Shown here in pieces: positions 37,157 to 46,943 of a DNA stretch of 64,000 bases. This DNA comes from a virus: positions 1 to 64,000 of the IMG/VR virus record IMGVR_UViG_3300042545_001167. One strand, 5' to 3'. Under the pieces are notes generated by a model that was not told the DNA's origin, made no database searches, and saw nothing but the letters and a program-made list of their open reading frames with translations. Position 1 is the stretch's first letter, and each line of letters opens with the position of its first letter. Made by a program: the position numbers and the translations under genes.

Positions 37157-40100
37157 TTAGTTAACAAAGTTTTGTCCGTCAACGAAACCGTACCAAGATA
37201 CTCCACCATCAAAAGTCTTGAATGAATATATATCCGCTCTATTTGCAGTTGGTGTTATGGTTGGCAGAACACCACCACCAGGCCAATAAACCGGTAAAAT
37301 TCCTCCACTAGAATTTCTAAAGTCATCAATATCAACCAGATATCCACCAATTGCATTTTGTGCAATTTTAATAACAAATGAACTTGCTCCAGATGGTGCA
37401 TTAATAATCGTAAATTGATTAACTGTTTCCGATAATGTAAAATCGAATGACTGTGCCTGAGACAGATCAATTGTGACAATATTAGACGAACTTGAGATTG
37501 TTTGAACAACTTCGGAATATGTCTTAAATCTTGTATGCCCCTCAATGTCAAGTTTTGCTCTTGGTACTGCTGTTCCAATACCAATTAATGGACCATTAGT
37601 TGTGAGCGTAGTTCCAGCACTACCAACTATAAGATTTGTTGTAGTAACAATACCTGCTCTAATTTGACCCGATGTTGACTTTAGATCAAATGCCGTTGCG
37701 GTTAGCATTCCGCTTACAAATACATTATTTGCGGTGATAATTCCAGCAAATACTGCCTCTCCATTAACATAAAGTGTCGTTGCAGATGTTCCAACAGGAC
37801 CAACTTCAAGATTAAATCTAGGAACTGATGTACCAATACCAACAGTACCCAATAATGTATTATAAATTCCACCACTAATTTGAGACCACCCGGCAGCACT
37901 TACATTTATATTTGTTAATCCACTTCCATCGCCAGAGAAGTAAGAACCGTAGCAAGTGCCGATGAAATTTGTACTGCCATTTATCTGAAGTTTAAATTGA
38001 TTTGCACTGGTTCCAATGCCAACACCACCACTTGAATTAATGGAAACAATTGAAGATCCACCACCAACCTGAAGAAGATTGGAACCGGGACTTGTGGTTG
38101 CAATACCAACCTGATCAAAGAGAGCAATATTTAAATCTTTGGAAAGGCTGACAGCACCAAAACGATACCATTCATTGTCAGTAGTATAAACCCATCCAAG
38201 ATATCCACCCTTCGTTGGATTTTGATAGTAAATTACATCTCCAGGATTACCCGAAAGTATTGGTGTAGTAACTCCAACGGTATATTTTCTAGAAACTGTA
38301 GCATCGCCCTGCAAGAACAGCGAGAATGCTTCAATACCTTTATTGGAAGTTGATGTTATCTTATTTCCAAATACAACAGGTCCATTAAACTCAGAAATTG
38401 ATTTGCCATCACTACCACCATCAACACGAATTGAACGACTAAATGTTCCTTGAACTGGAGTAATAACATTTAATCCAGGAAGTCCTCCAATATCTTCACC
38501 AGTTACAGTTTGGACAGGAGTATCAAAGATTTCTTCTTGACCTGTAACTGAACTCAATCTCTTATTTCCTGAGTATGAAATACCCTTATCATTCATACCA
38601 GTATAGAAGTTAATACCACCATCTTTTCTGGTTGATTGTGCAAGGAGTTCCTCTATTGAAGAAATCTGACGATCTTGTTTATCTGGGAATGCAGTTGAAT
38701 AGTTACCAGGACCAAATCCAACATATTCAAATGTATGACCAGATGCACGAATGATTGAATGCCTACGGAACTCAATTGGATTGGCATAAATTCTTCTTAC
38801 AACAGAGTTGACTGAATGACTAACTGCTTTTGTTCCAAGAACTCCACGGAAAACATAAATTGGATTTGTTGGAGTACTTGGAATAGTTGTTTTTACTCTC
38901 ACGATTTCTTCGTCAATTACCAAATAATCACCAATTTTAATATCAAGATTTTCAATATTTTGAATGTTAATCTGGTCCGTAAGTGCATCTGGAATAAGTG
39001 CTGATAAAGTAGTTGTAATTCCAGCATAAGTTGGAATCATTCTGCCATTTAAATTTTCATTATCAACTGTAATTGTACCACCATTTGATGTTACACCTTC
39101 GCGATATGCATAAAGAGTTCCTGCTGCTGAAGGAGAAAATGTTCCAACACCAATCGTAACGGAGAATGAATTTAGATTGAGATTTTCTTTGACAACAAAA
39201 TCTCCGTTATATATTTCTTCAGTAGATCCTATTAAACGAATCTTATTATCAACCTTTAACCCATGACGGTTAGAAGTTGTAATAGTTGCAATTCCAGAAT
39301 TATTATCATATGCCAATGAACTAACTCTAATTGCTTCTCCAGTTAGGTCAGCAAATGCATTTAATGTAAATTGCGTTCCAATACCAAGTGTTGAACCAAC
39401 TGAAATTGAAGATGCAGAAGAAACTGCAAATCTATACCCAGCTCCAACAGTAACATTTGTAATTCTATAAAGATCATTAAATGTAGAATAACCTTCGGAG
39501 GATACTCCAGAAATTCTGATAGTATCTCCAACATTATTATAGATTTGAGTAACTGTTACTACTGCCGGAGAATATCCTGTGGTTGTTGCAACACCTACAA
39601 CAGAAAGAGTATTTCCAATTCCATAAGAAGACCCACCATCCATGATTACAATATCAGAAATAGATCCTGATCCATCTACTGATATTTTGGCAGTAGCGAA
39701 GGCACCTGTAGCAGATCCAGCAAATCCAACAAGACTTGCATTATATAAACTTGTAGCACTTCCATACCCATATCCAGATCCAGCATTAGTAATACTGACT
39801 TGTGTGATACGATTTAATCCATGATCAATAGCAGTATGTACAGTATGTGTAGATGCATCTGTTGAAGTAATATCTGTAATAGCAATGCCTACATTACTAT
39901 CCGATAGAACTTTGGAGATTGTTTCTTTTGTAATACTCTTACGGACATCATTAACTACAACTTCACCAATTACTGATGAAGATGCAAACGATTGAGTCTC
40001 ATCTGGATCTGATTCTGGATTATCACGATTTGTTTGCGGATAAAGTTCTTTTACTGGTTGAGAATATTTTTCCTCAGTAAAAGGATCAACACTTGGGGAA

Positions 40101-42991
40101 TTGGAGGAATTTAGAACAGTTAAGTAATAGACACCATCTTGTTGCCCTGCAATATATTTTTGTGCTTCTTGAGTTTTGAGATTATAATAGGTATTCTTAT
40201 ACTTACTTCTTTTAAAATATGGAAGAGAAGAATCTCTTGCTGAAATATCATTTGTTAATGCACCTGGATCAGTGTCTAAAGCAAATGTAAATACTTTAGC
40301 ATTTGTAATTGTACTTACTACATAAGTTCCATTATATCCAGAATTACTTGCACCAATTACATTATTTGAACTTTTAATATTAAAAAATGTGACTTCAGAT
40401 CCTACTGATAAATTATGAGGAAGTTCTGTAGTGATATATGCAATACCTGCTTGCCACTGGGCATCAGCAACGAATCTAAAGTTTCTTTGCTGATTTACAT
40501 TTGAAATAGAACCAGCACCAAAATAAGTTTGAATTTCTCCGCTAGTTGCTCCAATAGTGGTATTAGATTCTTGAATAACAAATCCATCACTTGGTGGTCT
40601 TGCATACAATCCAGAAGATGCGGGAATTACATATCTTAGACGATAAATCGTATCATTTGCATTTCTTGAATCTTGCTTACGATTGATATATGTTCTAGGA
40701 GTTGCTGCACCAAGAATAGTTGAACCAAAACTTACGATTGCTGGATAAATCTTATTATCAGTTTCACTGTTTGATACCTGAATATACCATTGTGAATTAT
40801 TGTAATCAAACTGAACTGGGTGTCCAATGTCCCCAGAATTCTTATCAGATACTCTACTTACAACACTTAAAATACCACCTTTGTTGTTAATTAAAATCTC
40901 ACTTGCACTGATGGCATCGTTTTGAGTTTTTGCAAGTTTCAGTTGCGTAGTTGTTGTAAGTCCACTGCTTGCATTACTACTCGTAATTGCATAATAAACT
41001 GTATTTGGCAACAAACCATCAGGAAGTTGTCCATTATCACTCAATATGCGAACTGATTCTCCATTTATAAATGTATGATTTTGTGTTAATGAAAGTGTAT
41101 TGCTGGAAATATTATTAATACCAGAAATACTACGACTTACATAGAATTTCTTCTCAGAAGTTGTCTGAGATCCAGGCATTACAATACGAGCACTATATTC
41201 TGATGCAGTGCTTCCTGCTGAAATTATAACTTTTAGAGTATCATTTTCTCTAGCACCAATACGATATCCTTCTAGAACATTTTCTGGTGCAACATCAGAG
41301 TTTGTTTGATTATAAAGATAGAGATATCCTGTTGAAGCAACCCCAACGGTCTTACTTACGTCAATTGAATTAAATTCAATTGCGGTTTCAACCTTTGGAA
41401 TTTCTTTTGGTGGAATAATATGAGTGATATAACCAAGATCATCTTGAGGAAATGCATTTCTTCTAAAACCTGAAGCAACAAGTGCCTTTGCTCCAAAGTT
41501 AGAGTTTGAGTTGGTAACTGAAAAGTCACCACCACTTTCTACAGCAAAATGTTCAGCATAACCAATCGCAAAGATTGAAACATTCTGAACAAATGCATCA
41601 TTAATTGCCTTAATATGGAAATTCCTATATGTGGGTTTAAAGATTGCTCTTGAATTTGTACTAATTGTCTCATTTCCAGGAACTGTAGTATCATCATAAG
41701 TTCCCGTAGATGAATTGTACAATACAAACGCATTATCATCTTTCTGCAATCCAATACCCGTGAATTGGGCAATAACCATTGATTTAAATCCTGATGCCTT
41801 ATCACCATCAGCAAGAACTCCGCACATTCCATAAACAGAACGTAAAGAGATGTTAAAGATGTATGGAGATGCTGAAGTTACAGTATCGGAAGTAAGTGAT
41901 AAAGTTGACCCAGTTGATGATGGGAAAGCAACCAATGGGGCATTTTGAACTTGATATTTAATTACAGTGTCACTTAATTTTTCAGTTACAACAAATTGTC
42001 CGTTATAACCTTCTGCAATAATACCAGAAATTCTGAATGGAGTATCTACATCAAGGCCAGATACGCCAGATTCAGTAGTAACTGTAATTATTTTTGATGG
42101 AGTAATTCCATTACCAGAAATAATACTTGAAATACCAACAGATGCTCCAGTAGAACCTACAATACGATATTCATCAATCTTGGGTTGAATATCAATGCTA
42201 GATGAAGGATAATCTGGTTCAATTGCACGACCAGATGATTGTCCATATGCAAGTCCAACTTTCTCATAATACATATCCAGGTCAGTACGATCTGTTGAAT
42301 ATGTTTGAAAAACATCATCAATATTTACATCATTTACTCCATCAGCATATTCAAAGCAAGATAATTTGTGATGAGAGAAGTTAGGTACAAAAAGATTTTC
42401 AGTGTAATCAAGATAGCACTGTCCATTTGGATCGGCATCAAATAAAGAAAACTGCCATATATAACATCCGCCGGTTACACGGAAAATAGTCGATCTTTCA
42501 ATATTATCGTTAGTTGGATTGGGAACATACTTTGGACGAATTTTAGTCTTTCTTAAATCGAGTCCAACAATTGAAGTACCACGAGGAATAATAACTCCTC
42601 CATGAATACTATTCATTTTATAAAGTACGTTATCTGATGTAGTGAGATCAAAGTTTGATGTTAAATCCCAAGCAGGAAAATTATTACTTGTAGAACCATT
42701 CCTAAGTCTAAAATTATTTGAACCATCAGGAATCCATCCTGGACGATTATCTATAACGTGATCGCCTGGATATAGAAGAATTGTTGTTTTACCAAATCTA
42801 TCATTATTCAGTCCTCTTTGGTAAGAGAATCTTGATGCCTCAATTAGTGCTCTTTGAATCGTTTTAAATGGACGAGTCAGTGAGTTTCCTTGATTCTCAA
42901 TACTATCCGTAGAATCAAGACTGTTTGGATCAACATATATGATTGTACCACGAACAGACTTTAGAAAATTATCTAAACGAGAGAGACCCAT
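37157..42991 (-). CDS. Large virion structural/tail fibre protein (1944 aa) of cyanomyoviruses
   Basis: MGLSRLDNFLK...PFKTIQRALIE N-terminus, beta-helix segment (PRGTSIVGLDLRKT), HGL/HNL repeats, GIGT fibre repeats, C-terminal DIYSFKTFDGG..W. Confidence 0.75.
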   Translation of the reverse strand: MGLSRLDNFLKSVRGTIIYVDPNSLDSTDSIENQGNSLTRPFKTIQRALIEASRFSYQRGLNNDRFGKTTILLYPGDHVIDNRPGWIPDGSNNFRLRNGSTSNNFPAWDLTSNFDLTTSDNVLYKMNSIHGGVIIPRGTSIVGLDLRKTKIRPKYVPNPTNDNIERSTIFRVTGGCYIWQFSLFDADPNGQCYLDYTENLFVPNFSHHKLSCFEYADGVNDVNIDDVFQTYSTDRTDLDMYYEKVGLAYGQSSGRAIEPDYPSSSIDIQPKIDEYRIVGSTGASVGISSIISGNGITPSKIITVTTESGVSGLDVDTPFRISGIIAEGYNGQFVVTEKLSDTVIKYQVQNAPLVAFPSSTGSTLSLTSDTVTSASPYIFNISLRSVYGMCGVLADGDKASGFKSMVIAQFTGIGLQKDDNAFVLYNSSTGTYDDTTVPGNETISTNSRAIFKPTYRNFHIKAINDAFVQNVSIFAIGYAEHFAVESGGDFSVTNSNSNFGAKALVASGFRRNAFPQDDLGYITHIIPPKEIPKVETAIEFNSIDVSKTVGVASTGYLYLYNQTNSDVAPENVLEGYRIGARENDTLKVIISAGSTASEYSARIVMPGSQTTSEKKFYVSRSISGINNISSNTLSLTQNHTFINGESVRILSDNGQLPDGLLPNTVYYAITSSNASSGLTTTTQLKLAKTQNDAISASEILINNKGGILSVVSRVSDKNSGDIGHPVQFDYNNSQWYIQVSNSETDNKIYPAIVSFGSTILGAATPRTYINRKQDSRNANDTIYRLRYVIPASSGLYARPPSDGFVIQESNTTIGATSGEIQTYFGAGSISNVNQQRNFRFVADAQWQAGIAYITTELPHNLSVGSEVTFFNIKSSNNVIGASNSGYNGTYVVSTITNAKVFTFALDTDPGALTNDISARDSSLPYFKRSKYKNTYYNLKTQEAQKYIAGQQDGVYYLTVLNSSNSPSVDPFTEEKYSQPVKELYPQTNRDNPESDPDETQSFASSSVIGEVVVNDVRKSITKETISKVLSDSNVGIAITDITSTDASTHTVHTAIDHGLNRITQVSITNAGSGYGYGSATSLYNASLVGFAGSATGAFATAKISVDGSGSISDIVIMDGGSSYGIGNTLSVVGVATTTGYSPAVVTVTQIYNNVGDTIRISGVSSEGYSTFNDLYRITNVTVGAGYRFAVSSASSISVGSTLGIGTQFTLNAFADLTGEAIRVSSLAYDNNSGIATITTSNRHGLKVDNKIRLIGSTEEIYNGDFVVKENLNLNSFSVTIGVGTFSPSAAGTLYAYREGVTSNGGTITVDNENLNGRMIPTYAGITTTLSALIPDALTDQINIQNIENLDIKIGDYLVIDEEIVRVKTTIPSTPTNPIYVFRGVLGTKAVSHSVNSVVRRIYANPIEFRRHSIIRASGHTFEYVGFGPGNYSTAFPDKQDRQISSIEELLAQSTRKDGGINFYTGMNDKGISYSGNKRLSSVTGQEEIFDTPVQTVTGEDIGGLPGLNVITPVQGTFSRSIRVDGGSDGKSISEFNGPVVFGNKITSTSNKGIEAFSLFLQGDATVSRKYTVGVTTPILSGNPGDVIYYQNPTKGGYLGWVYTTDNEWYRFGAVSLSKDLNIALFDQVGIATTSPGSNLLQVGGGSSIVSINSSGGVGIGTSANQFKLQINGSTNFIGTCYGSYFSGDGSGLTNINVSAAGWSQISGGIYNTLLGTVGIGTSVPRFNLEVGPVGTSATTLYVNGEAVFAGIITANNVFVSGMLTATAFDLKSTSGQIRAGIVTTTNLIVGSAGTTLTTNGPLIGIGTAVPRAKLDIEGHTRFKTYSEVVQTISSSSNIVTIDLSQAQSFDFTLSETVNQFTIINAPSGASSFVIKIAQNAIGGYLVDIDDFRNSSGGILPVYWPGGGVLPTITPTANRADIYSFKTFDGGVSWYGFVDGQNFVN

Positions 42992-43034
42992 CTTATTTTA
43001 TTATAAGTTCCGTTATGGATTATTTATCATACAA

Positions 43035-43056
43035 CAAAACCTCCACAAGGGAGGTT
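43035..43056 (-). terminator. Terminator hairpin AACCTCC/GGAGGTT before the late promoter at 43021-43027
   Basis: Stem 43038-43044/43050-43056 followed by TTGTT on the minus strand. Confidence 0.55.
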
Positions 43057-43080
43057 CTGAAGCACACGGAAGGGATTTGG

Positions 43081-43710
43081 TTAAGTATCGCCTTTAATAT
43101 TATACCATTCTTGTTCTTTCCAAGTCAACTGTTGTTTAAGTTTTTTGTCGAAAACCATAAGATACCGATGTTTACGACTCCTATCACGCCACTCACCATC
43201 AGCACCTTTGACACTACCTCGTGAATGTTTAGTTCCATCAGCATAGTAGAAATCTTTTTTAGCGTCAGTTAAACCGTAGTACTGAAAATTACAAGCTCTG
43301 TATATAATTCCAGAGTGGTGATTAGAGTCAGCGTAACTAAGAACAGCACGAACCGTGGCATCTTTTCTAAACCTCTTAATACATCTACTTACAAACCAAG
43401 ATGTGATATTATATTCTTCTTTCTGAACTTCTGGATGAATACAGAGACGGGAAAGTTCAAATAAACCTTCTTGCTCATCTCTCTTCAATCCAAAAGCACC
43501 TACGGCAATTTCTGGAACTGGGAGACCAGTAAAAATGCAAACACCAAGGCAGTTGCCAATCCTAAGGACATCTGTGAAACAATTGCGGTAAAGTCCATAA
43601 TTGAAACCTGATTTAAAATCTTTGGATTTGTCTTTTAGATAATGGTGAGTATAAAGTAAGTTTTTTACTTCATCCTTTCCAACTTTATCTATATAAAAAT
43701 CCGATTTCAT
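43081..43710 (-). CDS. Mom-like (GNAT-fold) DNA modification protein
   Basis: HHYL, ELSRLC, SWFVSRC, VLSYADS..H.G.IYRACNF.Y.G, K.RY motifs as in phage Mu Mom family. Confidence 0.7.
   Translation of the reverse strand: MKSDFYIDKVGKDEVKNLLYTHHYLKDKSKDFKSGFNYGLYRNCFTDVLRIGNCLGVCIFTGLPVPEIAVGAFGLKRDEQEGLFELSRLCIHPEVQKEEYNITSWFVSRCIKRFRKDATVRAVLSYADSNHHSGIIYRACNFQYYGLTDAKKDFYYADGTKHSRGSVKGADGEWRDRSRKHRYLMVFDKKLKQQLTWKEQEWYNIKGDT
43099..43128 (-). promoter_or_regulatory. Sigma70-type promoter TTGACT-N18-TATAAT with extended -10 TG
   Basis: Minus strand TTGACT tggaaagaacaagaatgg TATAAT inside the 3' end of the Mom-like gene. Confidence 0.55.
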
Positions 43711-43720
43711 TTAAGTATTA

Positions 43721-43894
43721 TTACTCATTTTGTTTGCATTCTAACATATATTCTACAGTATTTGCTACATCATTCATAGCATCACGAAGAAATGGTTGTT
43801 GTCCTGATTCTTGTCTGCGAATAGGACGCGAACTGTCAGTAAGAGTCCAACGCCATTGTTTCATGGACTCGCAATACCAAAGATTAATGTTCAT
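43721..43894 (-). CDS. Hypothetical protein, 57 aa (MNINLWYCESMKQWRWTLTD...)
   Basis: Manual translation; fills the gap between tRNA-Thr and the Mom-like gene. Confidence 0.65.
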   Translation of the reverse strand: MNINLWYCESMKQWRWTLTDSSRPIRRQESGQQPFLRDAMNDVANTVEYMLECKQNE

Positions 43895-43916
43895 TTTGGA
43901 GTTATAAAGAACTCAA

Positions 43917-43988
43917 AGCCCCCGATCTGATTCGAACAGACGACCAACGGTTTACAAAACCGTTGCTCTACCACTGAGCTACAAGGGC
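43917..43988 (-). tRNA. trnT: tRNA-Thr(UGU)
   Basis: GCCCTTG TA GCTC AGTGGTA GAGC A ACGGT TT-TGT-AA ACCGT TGGTC GTCTG TTCGAAT CAGAT CGGGGGC T; CCA not encoded. Confidence 0.92.
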
Positions 43989-43990
43989 AT

Positions 43991-44260
43991 TTAATCAACA
44001 GGCAACATTTCTGGATTTTCCAGTTCAAGTTCAAACAACATTGGATGACACTCTTCATCAATCAAATAGAATGATGTTCTGTATAAATCCTCTGGTTCAA
44101 ATCTTCTTTCTGTATCTGCTAATTTGATTAGTTCCAGATCATAAATTGAGTCGTCTGGAAGTTCGTCAAAAGTAAAAGGAACTTGATTTATAAAGTACAT
44201 CAGAACAATTTGTGCTCCTTGATTATACCAACAATACCTGGCATCAATTCTGTACTTCAT
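43991..44260 (-). CDS. Hypothetical acidic protein
   Basis: Clean ORF between tRNAs, preceded by CTAAATA at 44283-44289. Confidence 0.65.
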   Translation of the reverse strand: MKYRIDARYCWYNQGAQIVLMYFINQVPFTFDELPDDSIYDLELIKLADTERRFEPEDLYRTSFYLIDEECHPMLFELELENPEMLPVD

Positions 44261-44309
44261 AGGAACTTTTCCTACTTTTGTTTATTTAGAGGAAGTTTAT
44301 ATCCTCTAA

Positions 44310-44382
44310 TACCCGTGGTCAGATTCGAACTGACGCTGGAACGATTTTAAGTCGTTTGTCTCTTCCGCTGGACTACACGGGC
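44310..44382 (-). tRNA. trnL: tRNA-Leu(UAA), short variable loop
   Basis: GCCCGTG TA GTCCAGCGGAAGAGAC A AACGA CT-TAA-AA TCGTT CCAGC GTCAG TTCGAAT CTGAC CACGGGT A. Confidence 0.85.
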
Positions 44383-44391
44383 ATAAAAAAC

Positions 44392-44571
44392 TCAGAGAAG
44401 ACTGAGTTGATTGCTACATTCTACCATATAAGTAGCAGGATGTAAACGGCAGTATTCATTAAAGGTAATCTTCATTTCTTTATTTGTAAGATTACAGTTT
44501 TCTGCTGCCTTTGGAATGTTCCACTTTGCTGTGAAAAGCATTTCCATTGATTCTCTTGTTTCTGGACGCAT
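44392..44571 (-). CDS. Hypothetical protein, 59 aa (MRPETRESMEMLFTAKWNIPKAAENCNLT...)
   Basis: Manual translation; possible HTH-like small protein. Confidence 0.65.
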   Translation of the reverse strand: MRPETRESMEMLFTAKWNIPKAAENCNLTNKEMKITFNEYCRLHPATYMVECSNQLSLL

Positions 44572-44630
44572 TTTAAAAAAAGTATCGTGTGAGAATTTTT
44601 ACCGGGTTTTTTTACCCCCAAAAATGAAAC

Positions 44631-44813
44631 TTAAAGTGGATTTGCGTATGAGAGAGTACTTTCATCAAGTGTTGAACGAACAAATTCTAGCACATTCATA
44701 AACTCATCAACAGTATCACAGGACACTTGCTTTTCTGTCCCTTCACTAGAATAAAGATACACGGTACGCTTAATAGGGTCTACGACACAGCGGGTCAGGT
44801 ACTCGCCTTGCAT
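44631..44813 (-). CDS. Hypothetical early protein, 60 aa
   Basis: ORF directly downstream of a sigma70 promoter. Confidence 0.7.
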   Translation of the reverse strand: MQGEYLTRCVVDPIKRTVYLYSSEGTEKQVSCDTVDEFMNVLEFVRSTLDESTLSYANPL

Positions 44814-44839
44814 TCGGTTCGTTTCGTGATTACCTAGGT

Positions 44840-44869
44840 ATCATAGCAGGTCCTGGAGAGGCGTGTCAA
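44840..44869 (-). promoter_or_regulatory. Sigma70-type early promoter TTGACA-N18-TATGAT with extended -10 TG
   Basis: Minus strand TTGACA cgcctctccaggacctgc TATGAT. Confidence 0.65.
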
Positions 44870-45609
44870 GCCCTTATACCATTAATCACATATTGAGAAT
44901 TGTCACCAGGATAATCGGCAGGACTTGTTCCTTGATATTCTGAAATATTCTTATCAACATCCTTTCTTTCTCCATAGACAACATAAGAACAATTAACAGC
45001 ACCACCTGCATTATTTTTTACAATAATCTTGGTCCCCCACTCAATTTTTTCCACGAAGAGTTCTTGATAGCACCCAATAGGGGTTAGAGTTACGCCCACA
45101 GTTTCAATATCAACCAAATCTTTCCAATAATCTGGAAGTTCTATAACATTTCCATTAGAAAGTTTTCCCCTAAAATAAACTTCTGCCTCTGGACCTTCTA
45201 CGCAGATATATCTGAGTCTATATCCTTCCTTTGAGGGATGAGAAATATCAAAAGACTTTTTGCTATTTACATCACTAACTAAACTTGACCAAGCAGCACC
45301 TGCAAATGAAGGGGCAGATATTGTTCCAGTGGCAGTAATATTGCCATTAAAATTAGTTTGTGTTGCATTAAAATTGAAAACAGGAATGTTCCCATAACTT
45401 GCTTCAAGCGTTACATTAGCAGTGCTTGTTCCTGCAAGATGCATATACACATAATCATTCGGAGAAGATAATGTGTTTACAAGAATCATTCCAACATCGT
45501 CTGGAAAAGTTAAGTCAGTAAATTGTAAAGAAAAATCATCATTATCTCTATATTCAAAATCAAATCCTGGTCCCGTAAAGGAACCTGATTTTTGGAATGT
45601 AATTGCCAT
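44866..45609 (-). CDS. Virion fibre/spike-associated protein with C-terminal autocleaving-chaperone-like domain
   Basis: KSFDISHPS..G.RLRY.CVEGPEAEVY.RG...IELPDYWKDLVD...V.LTPIG..Q; paralogous to the next gene. Confidence 0.55.
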   Translation of the reverse strand: MAITFQKSGSFTGPGFDFEYRDNDDFSLQFTDLTFPDDVGMILVNTLSSPNDYVYMHLAGTSTANVTLEASYGNIPVFNFNATQTNFNGNITATGTISAPSFAGAAWSSLVSDVNSKKSFDISHPSKEGYRLRYICVEGPEAEVYFRGKLSNGNVIELPDYWKDLVDIETVGVTLTPIGCYQELFVEKIEWGTKIIVKNNAGGAVNCSYVVYGERKDVDKNISEYQGTSPADYPGDNSQYVINGIRA

Positions 45610-46268
45610 TATTCTTGAACCTCTACTTCTAATCTAGGAATATCTTTTCTTGTAGCAAAAATATGATAAAAACAATGAATTGGCATACCAGGTTTTGCTT
45701 GCAAGTATACCTTACTCTCATCGATTCTTTTTACAATAACGTCTTGATGAGAACCAATCGGAGTTAATGAAACCGTAATTGTAGTTTCATCCACCAAATC
45801 TTTCCAATAACGAGGAAGTTCAATATAATCTCTATTTAAAACTTTTCCTCGAACATAAACACCATTCTCTGGTCCTTCCAAACATCCATAAATTAATTTC
45901 TTTCCTTGTTCTGAAGGGTGATCAATTAAGAAATGTTTGTCTGGACAATAAAAGTGTTTGCAATAAATTGTTTCTGCTTCTATGTATTTTGATTTCAATA
46001 AAACATCAACGCGAACAAAATTTTGAAACCTTGAATAAAGTCTTGCCCATAAAGAATATAGTGGAGACTTAGATTCAGAATTAAAAGTTTGACCAACCAT
46101 TAAAGTTGCATCAACTTTTCCAAATTGCTGAGCTGCACCAACCTGCATTGGTCCTTCAACAAATGCAGAACCATTAATTTTAGAGGGACCAACTCCAAGT
46201 GAAGGAGGTAATCCTGCACCTACCATTAATTGACCGCCAACTGCAACATCGTCTTGACAAGATGACAT
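45609..46268 (-). CDS. Paralogue of 44866..45609, virion-associated
   Basis: KHFLIDHPS...CLEGPENGVYVRG...IELPRYWKDLVD...SLTPIG. Confidence 0.55.
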   Translation of the reverse strand: MSSCQDDVAVGGQLMVGAGLPPSLGVGPSKINGSAFVEGPMQVGAAQQFGKVDATLMVGQTFNSESKSPLYSLWARLYSRFQNFVRVDVLLKSKYIEAETIYCKHFYCPDKHFLIDHPSEQGKKLIYGCLEGPENGVYVRGKVLNRDYIELPRYWKDLVDETTITVSLTPIGSHQDVIVKRIDESKVYLQAKPGMPIHCFYHIFATRKDIPRLEVEVQE

Positions 46269-46279
46269 TTATTTTCTCC

Positions 46280-46906
46280 TTAAAAAATTTCTTGACTTAC
46301 TTGGAATCTTCTTCCACCAACTTTAGAATCTTTTACTGCACAAGCGTCAGTAACTCCTCTAATTATTGAACCGTACATACTTAAGCAACTATTTGCTGCA
46401 ACTTCAACCTTTCCACTAGATGCTATTTTACAGAAACTTGAGGCATTTATCAAGACCTTTTTGGCGTCCATTTCAATAGAACCGCCTTTTGCATTCATAC
46501 GAATATTTCCTTTACTTCCACCCTCCCCAATTGCAACTAATTCAATATCAGTACCCTGAAGTCTCAGTTTTCCATTACTAGCAATGATACAAACATTACC
46601 ATTCACAGCATTTATAAACAGAGTATCTTCTGCTTCATTCTTATCAAGACCACATTGAATTTGAAAATTACCAGGAGATGTTATTGAGGTACATCCTTTT
46701 CTTGGGCCATCTTTATCTAAAGTGATTTGATGACGACCATCAGATGCTTGAAGTTGTACGTCAGCAGTCACATCCCCTTGTTTCGAAACATGACCAAAGT
46801 TAATTGAACCATGGTCATTTCCATAACTAATTTCAGTATAATTTTGTTTTGATGTAGTGTTATTTACTCTCGTATTATTTGGTTTACTATTTGGAGGAAT
46901 TGCCAT
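46280..46906 (-). CDS. Probable gp5 C-terminal-like beta-helical spike protein
   Basis: Short beta-strand repeats (INAVNGNVCIIASNGKLRLQGTDIEL); located downstream of the gp5 N-domain gene. Confidence 0.45.
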   Translation of the reverse strand: MAIPPNSKPNNTRVNNTTSKQNYTEISYGNDHGSINFGHVSKQGDVTADVQLQASDGRHQITLDKDGPRKGCTSITSPGNFQIQCGLDKNEAEDTLFINAVNGNVCIIASNGKLRLQGTDIELVAIGEGGSKGNIRMNAKGGSIEMDAKKVLINASSFCKIASSGKVEVAANSCLSMYGSIIRGVTDACAVKDSKVGGRRFQVSQEIF

Positions 46907-46943
46907 CAGAAATGTGAATTCAATGTAGTACTATTTAATAGAG

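Noticed and set aside
43917-44382. tRNAs as prophage att sites in a bacterial chromosome
   Set aside because: No integrase or duplicated tRNA 3' end, and both flanks are continuous T4-like phage genes.
44575-44625. A/T-tract-rich intergenic segment as a replication origin or ncRNA
   Set aside because: Only short homopolymer tracts and a weak inverted repeat; no iterons or other support in this window.
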